DNA of 64,000 bases from Neodothiora populina. Its lineage: Eukaryota. The position numbers and the translations under genes are program-made. The notes beneath the pieces are model-generated. The model had not been told where the DNA came from. It saw only the letters and a program-made list of their open reading frames with translations, and ran no database searches. Positions 35,492 to 48,948 of this stretch are shown here, piece after piece. The stretch's first letter is position 1, and each line of letters opens with the position of its first letter. The stretch lies in assembly GCF_041146345.1 (NCBI RefSeq), contig NW_027191402.1, positions 62,001 through 126,000 on the forward strand, written 5' to 3'.

Positions 35492-37599
35492 ATGGCGCCC
35501 GTCAATCGAGGCTCCATTGCCCGCTTATCAACCGTCATTCCTGCCGTTGTGCTTTCACTCATCTCTACTGCGGCTTCTGCCAGTGTACCAAAGGCTACTG
35601 GAAACGAGAAAACATATGATTACATCATCGTCGGTGGTGGTGTAGCAGGTCTCGTAGCGGCTAACCGTTTGTCGGAAGACTCAACTAGTATGTGATATAT
35701 GCCTGTTATATGGACGAGCTTCCAGGTCTGATCGACTTTGCAGAATCTGTCCTTGTTGTCGAATATGGCTATATCGACAACACCACAACTACGCTCTGGC
35801 CATACAAGGCCCAGGGTATTGCCGTCAATGCAGGGGATGTCTTTACAGGTACCACTTCTGTGGAACAACCTGGCCTTGGTAACCAGACCTTCGAGCTCTA
35901 TGTGGCTAGTGTAGTCGGTGGAGGCTCCATTGTCAATGGTATGGCATTCGATAGAGGAACCCAGCCTGACTACAACTCATGGGCAACCCTTGGCAATTCT
36001 GGTTGGGCTTGGAGCAATCTCCTTACATACTTCAAGAAGGTAGGATGGAGATTCAGGAACCTTGACCGAGACCCCTGCTAATCACCTAAGTCTAGAGCAC
36101 AACTTTCACTCCTCCTTCAGCTGACATTCAGAAGAAGTATAATTACACATGGGACACATCGGCGTATGGTAACGGCCCGGTGCACTCGAGTTACCCACCT
36201 TTCCAATTCCCGGAGATGCGTAAGTCCATATCTTATTGAAGAGTCGATATATCGCACGCCAAGCTGACACAAATTGTTGTAGCCACTTTCTGGGACGCTC
36301 TTAATGAGCTTGAGATTACCAAACTCCAAGAGGGAGGTCTTGGTGAACCTGGTGCTTTCTGGGAAGTTGATTCCATTGATCCGGTCCTGCAAACTAGATC
36401 ATCAGCCCGCACGGCTTACTATGACCCCATTGCCAAACGTGCAAACCTTGAGCTCCGTACTGGCTCATACGTGCAGAAGTTGGTCATTATCAATAACAAC
36501 GTCGAAGGTGTGGAAGTGATCTCTAGGAAGGACAACTCTGTTATCAAGGCATATGCAAGGAACGAGGTCATTCTCGCTGCTGGAGCCGTTCACACTCCTC
36601 AGATCTTGCAACTCAACGGCATTGGCCCTGCCAGTGTACTTAAGGCTGCCAATATCAGCGTCAGCGTTGACCTCCCCGGAGTCGGAGCAAACTTCCAGGA
36701 TCATCCTGTTGCGTATATGAGCTACGACAGTAAGCACGATATCACATCAAACAAAGACTAGACTGCAGTGTACTGATGTCCGAACAGTGACTACTGACAA
36801 GTCGTACCCTTACCCGGGCATCTTGACCTACAACGCTACTTACAATGCGAGTGCACTTGCCGAATATGTCGAAAATAAGACTGGCCCTTACACTCAAGCT
36901 CACGGTAACGGTGCCGTCTTCCTGCCGCTTTCCAAGATCGCGCCTTCATCGTACAAGAGCATTGCATCCACCCTTTCTGCTCAGAACCCCACCGATTACC
37001 TTCCTAGCATCTATGCTGAAAGAGCCGAGCTTCTGGCCGGTTTCAAGGCACAGCGTGCCATCCATCTCCAGCAGATCCAGGCCGACGATACTTCTATCTA
37101 CGAGTTCTCTTTCAACGGCGGCGGTACTGCAACCACCGCTCTCCAGAAGCCCATCTCCCGCGGTACCATCATGATCGACCCTAAGAATCCGACCGCGGAG
37201 CCAATCATTGATTTCCAGGCGCTGGCAAACCCTGTTGACCGCGCGGCGCTTTTGGCTGCAGTCAGGTTCACGCGTCAAATCTACAACACAACCGCATTGT
37301 CAGGATACACGCCTGTCGAGACTCTCCCAGGACCTGAGTATCAGACCGACGAGGAGCTCTGGGACGCCCTCTCAACCTCCGGAGTGGTGAACCCCAGTTT
37401 CGCCCATCCTTGTGGCACCGCCGCCATGATGCCCCGCAAGCAGGGTGGTGTTGTTGCATCTGACCTACTGGTTTATGGTGTCAAGAGACTCAGTGTCATT
37501 GATGCTTCCATTATCCCTATCATCCCTGCTACTCACTTGCAAGCTACCGTCTACGCCATTGCCGAAAAGGCCGCCGATCTCATCAAAGCCAGGGCTTAG
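35492..37599 (+). CDS. Secreted GMC oxidoreductase (AA3_2-like)
   Basis: Signal-peptide-like N-terminus, [65 protein letters not shown], and the His/His pair FAHPCGT and PATHLQ. Four introns. Confidence 0.93.
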
Positions 37600-38050
37600 G
37601 CTTAGGGTCCACGAGAGCATGGCTGATGGAGTGCATTGCTGAAGTAGAGTTGAATTCACTCGGATGGAAAGCAACAACCAGACTGAAAGTCAAAGTACAA
37701 AACTTCGCAACGGAGGAGCGCGGGATGGACATAATTCACTTCGATTCTGTATATACAATACAATTAAACGTATTCCCCTTTTCGATTGAAGTCTCTAGTT
37801 CCATGACCGCGACCGTAACCCTGTCCCCCGAGCGAATGATGTGGTCGACATCTTCCAGTACCGAGACAGGACGGGCTCGATGTTGACTGCAACATCATGT
37901 GACTACCTGAACCAGGCTCGTACATATCTCGAGTCACAGTCTATACAGCTGAGGCCTGTCCTTCGACGCACTGTAGAAATACAAGTCCTTTCACAACCCA
38001 CAATTACCATACTGCACGCAACCACCACAGCACGCCACCTCACCCCAGGC

Positions 38051-38939
38051 ATGCAAACCCACCACTTACCAGACCCCCAACTCCACCAAGTCCGCACCAC
38101 AGACGATCGCAACCTCTACCTCCACGCCCTCAGCCCGCAGCGCACAACCTCTCGCATTCCCACGATTGTCCTCGTCCACGGCCTAGGCGGCACAGCACGC
38201 GAGTGGCTCAGCGAACAGCGCCATCTAGCCGGCTTCGCGCCGCATGTATATCTCTACGAAAGAGCAGGGTACAGCGCTCGCGGCGGCTCAGCCGCGCGTC
38301 CTATGCCGCGTCTCCTCGTGGGCCATTCGTGTGGAGGGGTCATTGTGAGTCATTTCCTCGCGGACTACACTACTGATGTCTTCGGGATGGTGCTTGTCGA
38401 TTCTGTGCCTGTTGTCAATCGGGTCCCCGGGTGCGTGGACGGCGCTGTTAGGCGACGACGCTACGTACGACGAGGTCGTGGGTTTGCGCGCTAATCTTGG
38501 GGTTTCCGAGGTCGAGTATGCGGGTGTTTGCCGCGAGAGGGAAGTCAATGAAGCTGCTGGGGGAGTTGCAGAGCGGGAACTGGATGCTCTGGGCCCTTGG
38601 AATCGGCGCCTTGGGGACTATCTAAGGGGTGGACAGCTTCTCGGCGATAGGAGACTTTGCGTCGTCTCCTGTGACGAGAGTAATGATTTTCAGAAAGTGT
38701 ATGACTATGGCGTCGCGCATGCTCATGGCACTGTTGAGGAGCGGGAGGTGGTCAGGATGCATCTTGTTGGTATGTCTGCTGAGGACGAGGCGGCGCAGCG
38801 GGAGCAGATCGGGTGGTCTAGTAATGCTAGATTCGTGAGGGCGTATCCCACGCATAATGTGCATCTGGTGGACCCGGAGTGGGTCGCTGAGCATCTCAAG
38901 TGGGTTTTGGATGGGAGAGATCCAGATGATGGGGTTTGA
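38051..38939 (+). pseudogene. Alpha/beta hydrolase, frameshifted and internally shortened (probable pseudogene)
   Basis: IVLVHGLGG, YERAGY, LLVGHSCGG and GMVLVDS lie in one frame. The C-terminal half (THNVHLVDPEWV) is in the +1 frame, with the switch near 38420-38435. Confidence 0.65.
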
Positions 38940-39464
38940 TTGGGGCATCATGTCGTGATGCTAGCAGATATGGCTCATCTTGAAGCCTTTTAGTATCGAC
39001 ATGTTTCGCTCTTCTATAGATGAACCACTCGTCGTAACTAGTGCCGACCCCTTTTACCTCCGTGACCCTGTCCTCAAGTCCTCTTCAGTCCATACGCGTC
39101 ATCCTCCAGAAGAGAAATAACACGCTCGCAACACAATTGAAATACAGAGGAGTTCCCGTTTTGACTTTCACCTCATTTGCGGAAGAAAAGCAAGGAGACG
39201 CTCGTGTCGAATTGTCCTGCGAGGACGGCGCCACTGCGTGGAGCTTTTTTTGTCCACTCTCTGCATACTTTACGACCACGGGTAAGAGAACGTATGTCGT
39301 CAACATCAGAGGAATATGGCTTCTCCAATCTCAGGGTGAAGAAAGGAAAGAGAAGGCAAATAGACTACTGCATAGAAGATGGAGAGAAACGTCAGAAAGA
39401 GGGTATATGCAAAGCAAAGATTATGTGTATCTTCTTGTTCTGTTCACGCTTTCCTAGGAGCTCA

Positions 39465-41692
39465 TCATCGCAGGATCTTAACCTGTCTAGAGATTGCACC
39501 AACGAACAGACCTAGCGCGGCAAGGACCAAGGCCACATGGAACACAGTCTGTATACTGTCCACGAATGCCTGGACCACGACGTCGTGGATCCTGCCGTGG
39601 AGTTTGTGCAAGGCTGAGACGTTTGAGAGGACTTTCTTGATGATCTATTGTTTGGTTTCATCAGTATTAGTCTTGAATGGCTGGTCTTAGGTATGGTGGT
39701 GGTGATAGAGCAGAGGGGAAGAGAGGAAGAAAAGAAAAAGACAAACCTCAGAACCATCGCTTTCCCTCGACAGCGCCCGGTTCAACCTCCATCGCAGCGA
39801 AGACTGAAACACCGCTCCCGCACCACTGACACCTGCCACGGAGCCGATATTGCCACTCAGATACATGCCCGACGTGGCGATTGCGATGTTTTCCTTTTCG
39901 ATGCCCGCCGTCAGACCCACAAAGATTGCCGAGTGCGCCATGCCTGTGCCTAGACCGGCGAAGAAAATGACCAGAGACGAAGCGACGGAGGTGGAGGAGC
40001 CGCGCCAGAGGATGCTGAGGAGGGTGAAGCAGATTAGAGTGGAGATGGACGAGAGAATGATGGGGAGCTTGTATTTTCCGGTTCTGTTTTGCGGAGAAAA
40101 GTCATGTTAGGTCTTCTGCTTTCGAGTCTTGTTGATTGCCAATGGAGTTGCTTACCGCTTGATAAAGGCACCGACAGCCAGTCCACCAATTGTGTTACCG
40201 ATAATTGACGGGACAAGGTGAGCACCTGCCTCGCCTGTTGCGGCGTTCTTCGTCACCTGGAAGTATAATGGCACCAGGTACATGAGCTGTTCAAACCCAA
40301 CGTCAGCATCTGCGACTTGCTTTTCCTTCTCATCCAACCACAATACTCACCCCGACTTGGATCGCCGTCTGAATGACGATTTGAACATACGATGTGACGA
40401 CAACATAGTGTCCGAGCAGCTTTAGAGGGAAAATCGGTTCTTTCGCCCAATATCTCTCTGTCAGGCAAAAGCAAACTCCACTAACAATAGCTCCTCCGAG
40501 TAGTCCAAGAAGAACGGGATTCTGCCACGAGATCTCCTGGCCTACCATATCGAATGCCAACATCATGGGCAGGACTGTCAAGCTCATGAAGAAAGAGCCG
40601 ACAAAGTCAATTCGTTTCCACTTCGTCAAAGTGCTTTCGGTCCTGCGCTTGTCGACTGACGTTGGTTCTTCTAGTCTCCACCAGACTAATCCGATGGAGA
40701 TCAGGAGTAGCGGACACTGACAGAGGAACGCCCTGGCATATTTGTTAGATGTCATCCACATTCTGCTGTCATATTTCACTTGAAACTGCAGATATCACTC
40801 ACCAGCGCCATCCCACAGCCTGGGCAAGATAACCACCAATCAATCCACCGCAACTTCTCCCTACTGTCGTGAAGATGTTGACGTAGCTTCGGTAGACTGC
40901 GACTTCTTGCAGCGGGACCAGATCGGTCAGAAGAATCGAGACCATAGACACCATGCCTGCCCCCGCGGCTCCCTGGATAACACGTCCGACGATCATCTGT
41001 GTCATGTTTTGTGCTAGCCCAGCGAACAATGTGCCTAGAGCGAAGGTGGCATATGACGTTTGAAGCACGCCTTTACGTCCAAAAATGTCGCTCAGTTTGC
41101 CGTACTATGTTGCACACACCATAATGTCAGGGAAACCATGTCTCTGTAGACGAAGAACACAGCAGAAGAAAAGTTCAAGAGCAGTGTAGATGGTCTCATG
41201 ACAGCCAAAACAGCAAGTACGAAAAAGCAGATATATACATACCATAGGTTGCGTGACGCAAGACGCCAGCAGATAACTACTCAAGAGCCAACTGCCCAAT
41301 TCCAGCTTTCCAAAGTCCGAAGCGATCGACGCAAATGTTGCCATGACGAGCGTCGTGTCTGCTTGCGAAACAAACACTCCCAGCAACAAAACAGATATGA
41401 TCCCGAACACGGACGAAGTGTCATGTTCCTTCTTCCCTTCTGTTGCTGTGTCACCACTTTCCAATGCCGGTGTGTCCTCGGTGGCAGTCGCATCGCCATC
41501 TGATTCATCGTCTGCGTCCTCTGCCCCTTCCGGACTGCGATCGTTGTATGTTCGGTCCAGGATCTCTTTCTTAGACGCTCCTAGTAGAGGGGTTGTTTCT
41601 TGCACCGCGGATGCAGCCGCCTGTCCTGAGGGAGCTCCATTTATCGGCTCGGTGTGTCCTCGATGGGACGCACCATCATATGTCCCCGCCAT
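39465..41692 (-). CDS. MFS transporter (DHA2 / Vba-like)
   Basis: Six exons join in frame: LLLGVFVSQADTTLV, PM|YGKLSDIFGRK, GRVIQGAAGAGM, GGLIGGYLAQAVGWRW|AF, EPIFPL, YLVPLYFQV. Confidence 0.9.
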
Positions 41693-42618
41693 CCTCACAG
41701 CTTGGTCTTCGAGCTGTTATGTTAATTCTGTGCACCAAGTCCAGAGAGGGATTGACCAGTGGACTCCAGGTCCAACTATAGTGAAATATCAAAGGTGCTG
41801 CTCCGCCGTTATGCGATGAGCTGCCCCCTGGGGAAGACGTTATAAAGCTTCTTGCTTATGGTGAAACGGAATGGAGGGTGTATAGGTGAGATTGCCCAGG
41901 TCAGAGGCACTCCATGCACAGTAATCTTTTTTCTCTTGTTCGTCCGCCGAGAGAACCAGGATACACATGAAAACAAAGAAGAAAGTAGATAGAAGGAAAG
42001 AAAAAAGAGTAAGATGAGGAGAATCACATCATCCAACTTATGCTAGATCGACCACGGCCCCGGTGCACAACGATGCGGAAAGCGGGTCTTATTTTTGGTA
42101 ATAAGTCCTACAGGCAATAAAGAAAGACCATCACTTTCGAGCTCCTCAACCAGCCCACATGTGCCCTTTTTCTTTAACGGTAAATATATGGGCTGCTTAT
42201 GGGTTTCCTCTCGGGAAGTGGAACTGGTATGGATTAGCGGTGATGGTGCAATCGATAGTTGAGGGTTGGGGGAGGATGTCGTCGGATGTCGGGATAGGCG
42301 CACACTATGGAACCTTGTATGAGCAGGAATGCCAAGGCTTGAACCTAGAACACGATATCCGCTGAGCTATACGAGGAGCAATATGTACCTGTACATGGAC
42401 ATTGTGTTCTTATACCGTGTCTTGTCTGAGGTTGGCGTCTACAATGCGAATGAGCAGGTAGACATGAAGTGTGTTTCAGAAGTCTAGAAGAAAGTTCTCG
42501 GGAGATCTGATTTACAGTCGGTAGTCTTCCGAGCCCTAATCGTTCTAGGGAACGTCTAATGCTACATGTGCTATTAATCGATTATATGGATGTCTATTTT
42601 TATGCTTGAACATGTCCT

Positions 42619-44646
42619 TCAGACCCAATCGTGCCATCGGCCCGTATATCTAAATGTTTGCTGCTGCTGATCACCAGACGATCCAGCGTACTCGTTGTCT
42701 GGCTTTCCAGATCCTAATGCTCGCCTGTTTCCCTCTGCCTCCTTAATATAGCCCAACTCGCATGAAGAGAATACCACTTTGGGTTGGGAAATATAATATG
42801 CATCCAGTCCTGGATCCAGTGCATCTTTCAAGGAAGTCGTGGCATGTGCCTCCCATGGGTGTGTGCATGTTCTGCCTCTGCATTCCTTCAGTACAACAAG
42901 CAGAGCGTCGAGTCTGTAGATCAGGGCATTGAAGGGTCTGCCGAGGAGTTCATAAGAGTCGGCCAGAGAAGGCTCGACAAAGTAGTTTTTCATCTGAAAT
43001 GGATCGTGCTGGAATATGTTAGCAAGCCATGATAGTTGCACTTTCCATGCCTCAAGCTTACCTTTAAGTCGTAGTACTCTCTTTCGCCCGTGCACCACAC
43101 TGAGTAATACAGACTATAGCCATCACTTACCAGGCGAAGTGATTTGTAGGTATTGTTGGGATAATCGCGGATCTCGACACCATACTTGCCCTCCGGTAGC
43201 CCTTCGCCCCAGAATTCGACATTGACATGCTCTCCACGAGCATCCGTTGTCGCAGCTTCGCTCGTCAAAGGAATCGGCAGACCATCGAGATCATCCCGTG
43301 AGACTCCCGCGATCGAGAGTATAGTTGGCGCAATGTCAGTATGCGAACTCACAAGTTCGAGACTTTCTCCTTTTGCTATTCCCGGCCCGCGCACGATCAG
43401 AGGAATGTGGATGTCTGTGTCATATCCACATTCTTTTCCAGGATGCATGCGGTGCTGAGAGATGTGGAACCCATTATCGGTGGTGAAGAAGATATAAGTG
43501 TTGTCCAAAATACCCTTGTCGTCCAGTTTGGTGATCAATTGCTCAATCATCTCATCGACCGATTGCAAAGCGCGAAGACGGGCACGTTGAAACTCGTCGT
43601 TGTACGCAATGACGCTGTCGTTGAGTCGTGGTAGCTGCGCTATCCAATTTGCTCCACTCGGCTAGGACACATGTCAACAAAACAGCAGACATACGAGAGA
43701 TAGATACGGACCTTCTCTGGGTTGAAGTCCTCACGTCTGGGGATCTTGTAATCTTTGAAGAGATGAGCGTGACGAGGAGCATATTCGGGGATAGCAAATC
43801 CAGGGGACCCCGAGGCAAGTGCTGCAGAGTAGCTGTCATTCAGAGGAGTGAGCGTGGGAGCGCCAAGAATATTGCTATGCGGCGCGACTGGGGCGACTGT
43901 CAAGAAGAAAGGCTCTCGGTTTTCCGTAGCTTCATCCAATAGTGCGTAAGCCTTCTCCGCGACCACATCTGGGGAGTACTGGCCGGAGTAATCGACCGGG
44001 GCACCACCATTATGGGTGATCTTGGCGTGCCAGTAGTCATAAGTGAATGGATCTAGGAGGAAGTCGGAGCTGTTGAACCCCTTGACATGCGGCTTGTCGT
44101 AGTTCATAAGGTTATGTGTGTTCCACAATTTGCCAACATAGTATGTCTGATAACCTGCAGCTTGCATCCACACTGGCAGGTAGTCGTCGTTGATACCTTG
44201 ACTGACAATCTTTGGGTATCCGCCTAAACCAGATAAGAAAATCGATACCAGGTCAATATGATTCACTTCCTGACTCACCATAAGGAGGCTTGACATCAGT
44301 CACATTTGTATTATGTGCCGCTCTTCCAGTCCACAGATTGACTCTTGACGGGCAACAGATTGCTATAAATTGAATCAGTATTCATCCACCCTCTCAGCTT
44401 AAGAGACTGGTTGGAGAGCTGAGCAGCAAGATGGACAGGAAGGTACATACCAATAGTACAAAAATGGTTCTCAAAACTTGTTCCCTCACTCTTGATATAC
44501 TTTTGCAAATGCGGCATATGCTCCAGACTCTCCATATGACCATCTTGATCATCGGTGATAATGAACAAGATATTCGGTTTTGAGGCCGCCGCATGGCATA
44601 GTGAGAAGCCGAGACACAGAAGTGCCCACGCAATTAAAGACAGCAT
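42619..44646 (-). CDS. Secreted arylsulfatase
   Basis: Signal peptide, KPNILFIITDDQD, sulfatase signature ICCPSRVNLWTG (CxPSR) after intron 1, YVGKLWN, NTYIFFTTDNGFH. Four introns. Confidence 0.93.
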
Positions 44647-44901
44647 GTTTTGCAGTACCGCTCTGGGCCTGTCCTGCGGTTGTTCGCTTAGGCGTGGTCT
44701 AGGAGCAAGCTCAAGGTGTGGGGAAGATGTTTTGTAGAGCAGGTTTAGTCCCGTCGCGATGGACTGGCTGTCACTACACTATCAATCGTAGCGAGCCACG
44801 CGGAATAGTCTCATGAAAATCACTCTACCGCAGGAAAGTATGAACAAGAATAAAAACTTCAAGAGATCGATTGGACATGAGAGATTAGTAGGGTCTATCG
44901 T

Positions 44902-44911
44902 ATTGCGCAAT
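44902..44911. promoter_or_regulatory. Palindromic bZIP site (CYS-3/MetR-like) upstream of the arylsulfatase
   Basis: ATTGCGCAAT, about 255 bp upstream of the ATG. Confidence 0.5.
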
Positions 44912-45705
44912 CGGTACTAGTGGTGAGGGACAGATGCACATGCCGCACGTACCTGCACATCCATATCGATAAGGTGAGCGACATCCGCGTCTGTATCAGG
45001 GCAGCAGCGAAACAGCGACCCTGTCTTTATGTTGAAGCTAGTGGTCTGCCTCGGACGATTAGATAATTTGATGGCGATTGTTCCTGCACGACTTTCTCCT
45101 CTTCAGATGCAATTACGAAGTACTGCCTGAACCTACCATGTCTGTTCTTTCATTCGGTCAGTGACGAAGAATTACTATTTCGAAGACTCCTGGCAAGTAT
45201 CATTCGTCGGATATGTGGACAAACAATCATCCATGCAGTTCTGTACCTCTGCCCACGCATAGGCAGATACAGATTCACAAACTTCTGAACAGCAAAGAAA
45301 GACGGGGAGCATGGAAAGTATTATAATGCAGACTCCGTTTAGTTCGTGATATTCATGAATTACTCATCTCACTAAAAGGCACTTTTTGTTCGTCAGTCTG
45401 CTAAGCAGCTGGTCTGAATATCTGTTGGACCAATAATAGCCCTCGGCCATGCCCAAACCTGCTCCACAATAAATGCTGCCCTCGGTTTCGGTTACTGCTG
45501 CCCTGGATTCTCAAGAGTAAAGCCGAGGACGACGGCTAAGCAATACGCTACAGCGACCGGCTGCTTGCCCATGGCGTCGAGTCGCCAAGCAATCCATCAT
45601 CAGTCTTATCGCTGGAAACCGCTTTCGAGTGCTCCGACCTGCTTTTGCGACGACATGGCAGAGCGGCGTGGATGCCTTTTCGATCGTCAATGCCGGCGTG
45701 GTGTC

Positions 45706-47625
45706 CTACTTCTTAGCCTTCTGACTCCTCGTGAAACGGCCTAGATGTGACAGTGAGCTTCTAGGTTTCGACTGTCCAGGCTGGGATAAAGGTGACGCTT
45801 GCGGCCGGGTCACGTTGGTAGACGAGTTCTGTCTGTACATGCCGGATCCCCTAGGGGGTTGCCTGACAGTGGGCGCGTCGACGGTAGATTGTTGGCTGGG
45901 ATCAACAAATGTGATTGCATTGGAAAAGCCAGACTGCGTTGAAGGGCGCGATTGTGCCCTGCGAGCCTTTTCTTGTGTGGAGCGGAACTTTTCGAGAAGC
46001 TCGTTCCATTTGATGCCGGGGTCCTCACGAGACTTCAGACGATTAGGCCGGTCAAAAGTTGACACACCTGGTGTGCTGGGATTGCTACGATTTCGTGTAA
46101 GTATATTGACAGCGGCAGATGAGCGTTACACAGGATACTTACGTCCGTGGGGCGATGTGTAGATAGCCAATCGCACTGACACTGTTGAGTCTGTTCTTGA
46201 GTGCTGCAAAGGCTGAAGACTGCGGTAATAGCATCAAGAGGCCGTAAAGGCACTTGTACAGGTGCGGGAAACGCTCGGGCTCGAGCAGCTGTAGCCGCAG
46301 GTAGGTGAAGACGGGCGATTCAATGAGCTGCACGAGCTTGTCAATCTGGACCAGCATGTTCACGGTCATCTCGAGCTCTGCGATGATCTGAAGCAGATTG
46401 TACGCGTGCTCGTATGCCTGGGCTAGCAGACACAGCGAAAACGTCGCCACGGCGTTGTGACACCAAGAACGGAAAAGAGCGACGAAGAAAGTCTGTCCAT
46501 CTCTGGTCTCTAGATTTCGTAGTCGCTTGCGTAGATCTGCAAGCTCAGGCGCAGTTATTAGGTTGTTGTTCAAGTTCTGAACCATGATACTGGCAAACTC
46601 AACATCTTCATCCTTCTCCAGGCAGTCAGCCAGAGTGCGGTATATACGCTCCGCGCTGAGGTCCAGGGACAATTGTCTGATGATGAGGTTGCCTCTCGTC
46701 TCGAGCAGTCGCTTATCGGTGGCAAACAACTTGAGCAGATCTACCATGAAAGCCGAAAAGTAGGACTCTTGGCTGCTCTTCGATATCTGTGACAAGAGAG
46801 CAAGGTCTTTCTTGACCACTGCTTCGGAGGGGTCTATGAGAGTCTGTAGGAGCACTGGAAACATGCCCTGATGAGCGGCGGCGGTCTTCTGGGGGGATTT
46901 GCGATGCAGTATGGAGAGCCAGTCTATGGCAGCGACACGGGTGTCTTCATGATCGTTGAGGAAGTGAGCCGTCAGGCTGTCGACGGCGTCCTCATAGTTC
47001 AATGGAGGCGCGTCGTCGGGAGAGTCAGCCGGCGAGGGCTCTTCGTTCTCGACTTGATAGGCTGTCGGGATCGGAGTCTCGACGTCGGGACGTGTCTTTG
47101 CCGCATCGGCAGAATCTGGACTGGTGGCCGGCTTTCGAAGTCTGGATTGTGCGGATTCTCGCCGATTGTCTACCTCGACGTCTTTCGCCGACTTGGGTAC
47201 CGGAGATGGCTGTACCGGCTGCGGCTGTTGGCTCGGGGCTGCCACAATGGCGCGCTTGGGCTCGTCCGGGAGCTTCATGATGTATGTCACAAGGGCGGTG
47301 TTGACGCGGGCGGCAGATTGCTTGACCTTCTCGACATCAGAAGACAGAGCTGGCAGCACGTGAGACAGCAGGGCGGGGACAAATGGCAGTATGTCTTGCG
47401 GACAGATGTCGAAGAAGGACTCGATCCACTTCAGCGCCGTCATCTGGATCTCTTCGGCAGCCGAGTCCTGCAGGAAGTCGAGGAGAATCTGCAAGATTTT
47501 GGAGTGATCGACCTGGACATCTTGACCTGGAATCCACTCTTCGCCTGCATCTTCTCCCTTGCCGTTCAAGACGGTGCTGGTCATGGATCCAAGGATGCTG
47601 GAGCCATCATCGTCAACGTCGTCGT

Positions 47626-47659
<34 letters not shown>

Positions 47660-48948
47660 TTGGTCGTTGTCGTCGTCGTCATCGTCAAGGTTGTGATCCT
47701 GTTCGACGCCATCCTCGAGAGCAGCGTTGTCGACCTCGCCCTCGCTCCTGGCGCTGTTGGCATCGTCGCTCTTGACGTCTCTTTCTGGGGTTGTGGAAAA
47801 GGAGGGTTTCCGGCCGCTCTCGGCTGCACTTCTCTTGCTCTCCGCTATGTCCCGCTTGATGCCAGCAATCTTCTTGATCTCTTGTAGGAACCTGTCCAGA
47901 CAGGCCTTGGTCATGGTGTGCACATCGATGTTGGCGTCGGTCAGGAATTTGAGGATGCCGCCGAGGAAAGAAGGCAGGTAAACGACCAGCTCGAGGTCGG
48001 GGATCGAGTCCAGCAGGGTGATCCATGATACCAGGAAGGTCCGTGTGAAGGGATTCAGGACGTATATGCGTTCTTGGAGCAGGGGGATGAATTTGGGCAG
48101 AGAAAAGGCGGTCGAGGGTTCGTCGGAGAAGTCTTGCGAGTCGTTCTCGTCGGGATGTAGGACGGAGACGTACGAGGCAGCAGACTCGGACACAATGTCT
48201 TTGATCAGACGGTCCAAGAGCTCGGCGCCGTTCTTTACAGATAACTCGGTGTCGGCCGCGAGCTAAGGTTAGAAGATCATGTCAGCTTGTCGGACATGAG
48301 TCTGGTGCTGTGTCCGTCGTACCTTGCACAGGGCGTCAAAGACGTCGTTGAAGTAGATGAGGATCTCACCCTTGGCTACTTTGGCGATGTTGTACATGCT
48401 CTCGCAGGCGTAGTATCTGACCCGGGCATCTTGGTCGGAAAAGCAAGCGAGGACCGGAGGGACGATTTTTCGAAGATATCGAGCAACTTCCTGCACACAA
48501 GACAAAAGTGTAAGAAGACGGCAACGACAGCAAGTCGGATGCACTAGCGATCAGCAGAGCGCATGGCAGGAATGCTCACCCCTCCAAGGGCGATGGCAGC
48601 GGCAGCCAGTCCTATCAAGCCGCCATTCCGCGCATTCAGATGATTCACGGAATAGGCAAAGTCGTTGCAGAGCTGGTCCACCATGGCAGCTATCCTGACG
48701 TGGTCGTTGATGGCCAGGGCATCTCGGATCACGCCTTCGAGTCTGCGGGAGCGGCAGGTCAGTCGCAAGCAGAAGAGGAAGCGACGACGCAGATGGTTGA
48801 CAGTATGCGATGACGTTACCAGGACAGAGGACAGTGTTTTGGAGAAGTGAGAAATACAGAAATAGGTATGGTAGACTTACTCTAACGCACCATGCTTTCT
48901 CTTGTCATACAGCTTGTCACTCAGAAGCTTCGCCACGCTTGGATCCAT
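45706..48948 (-). CDS. VAC14: Vac14 scaffold of the Fab1/Fig4 complex
   Basis: MDPSVAKLLSDKLYDKRK, ARNGGLIGLAAAAIALG, DQDARVRYYACESMYNIAK, LLETRGNLIIRQL, QIDKLVQLIESPVFTYLRLQLLEP. Poly-Asp insert; four introns. Confidence 0.96.
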
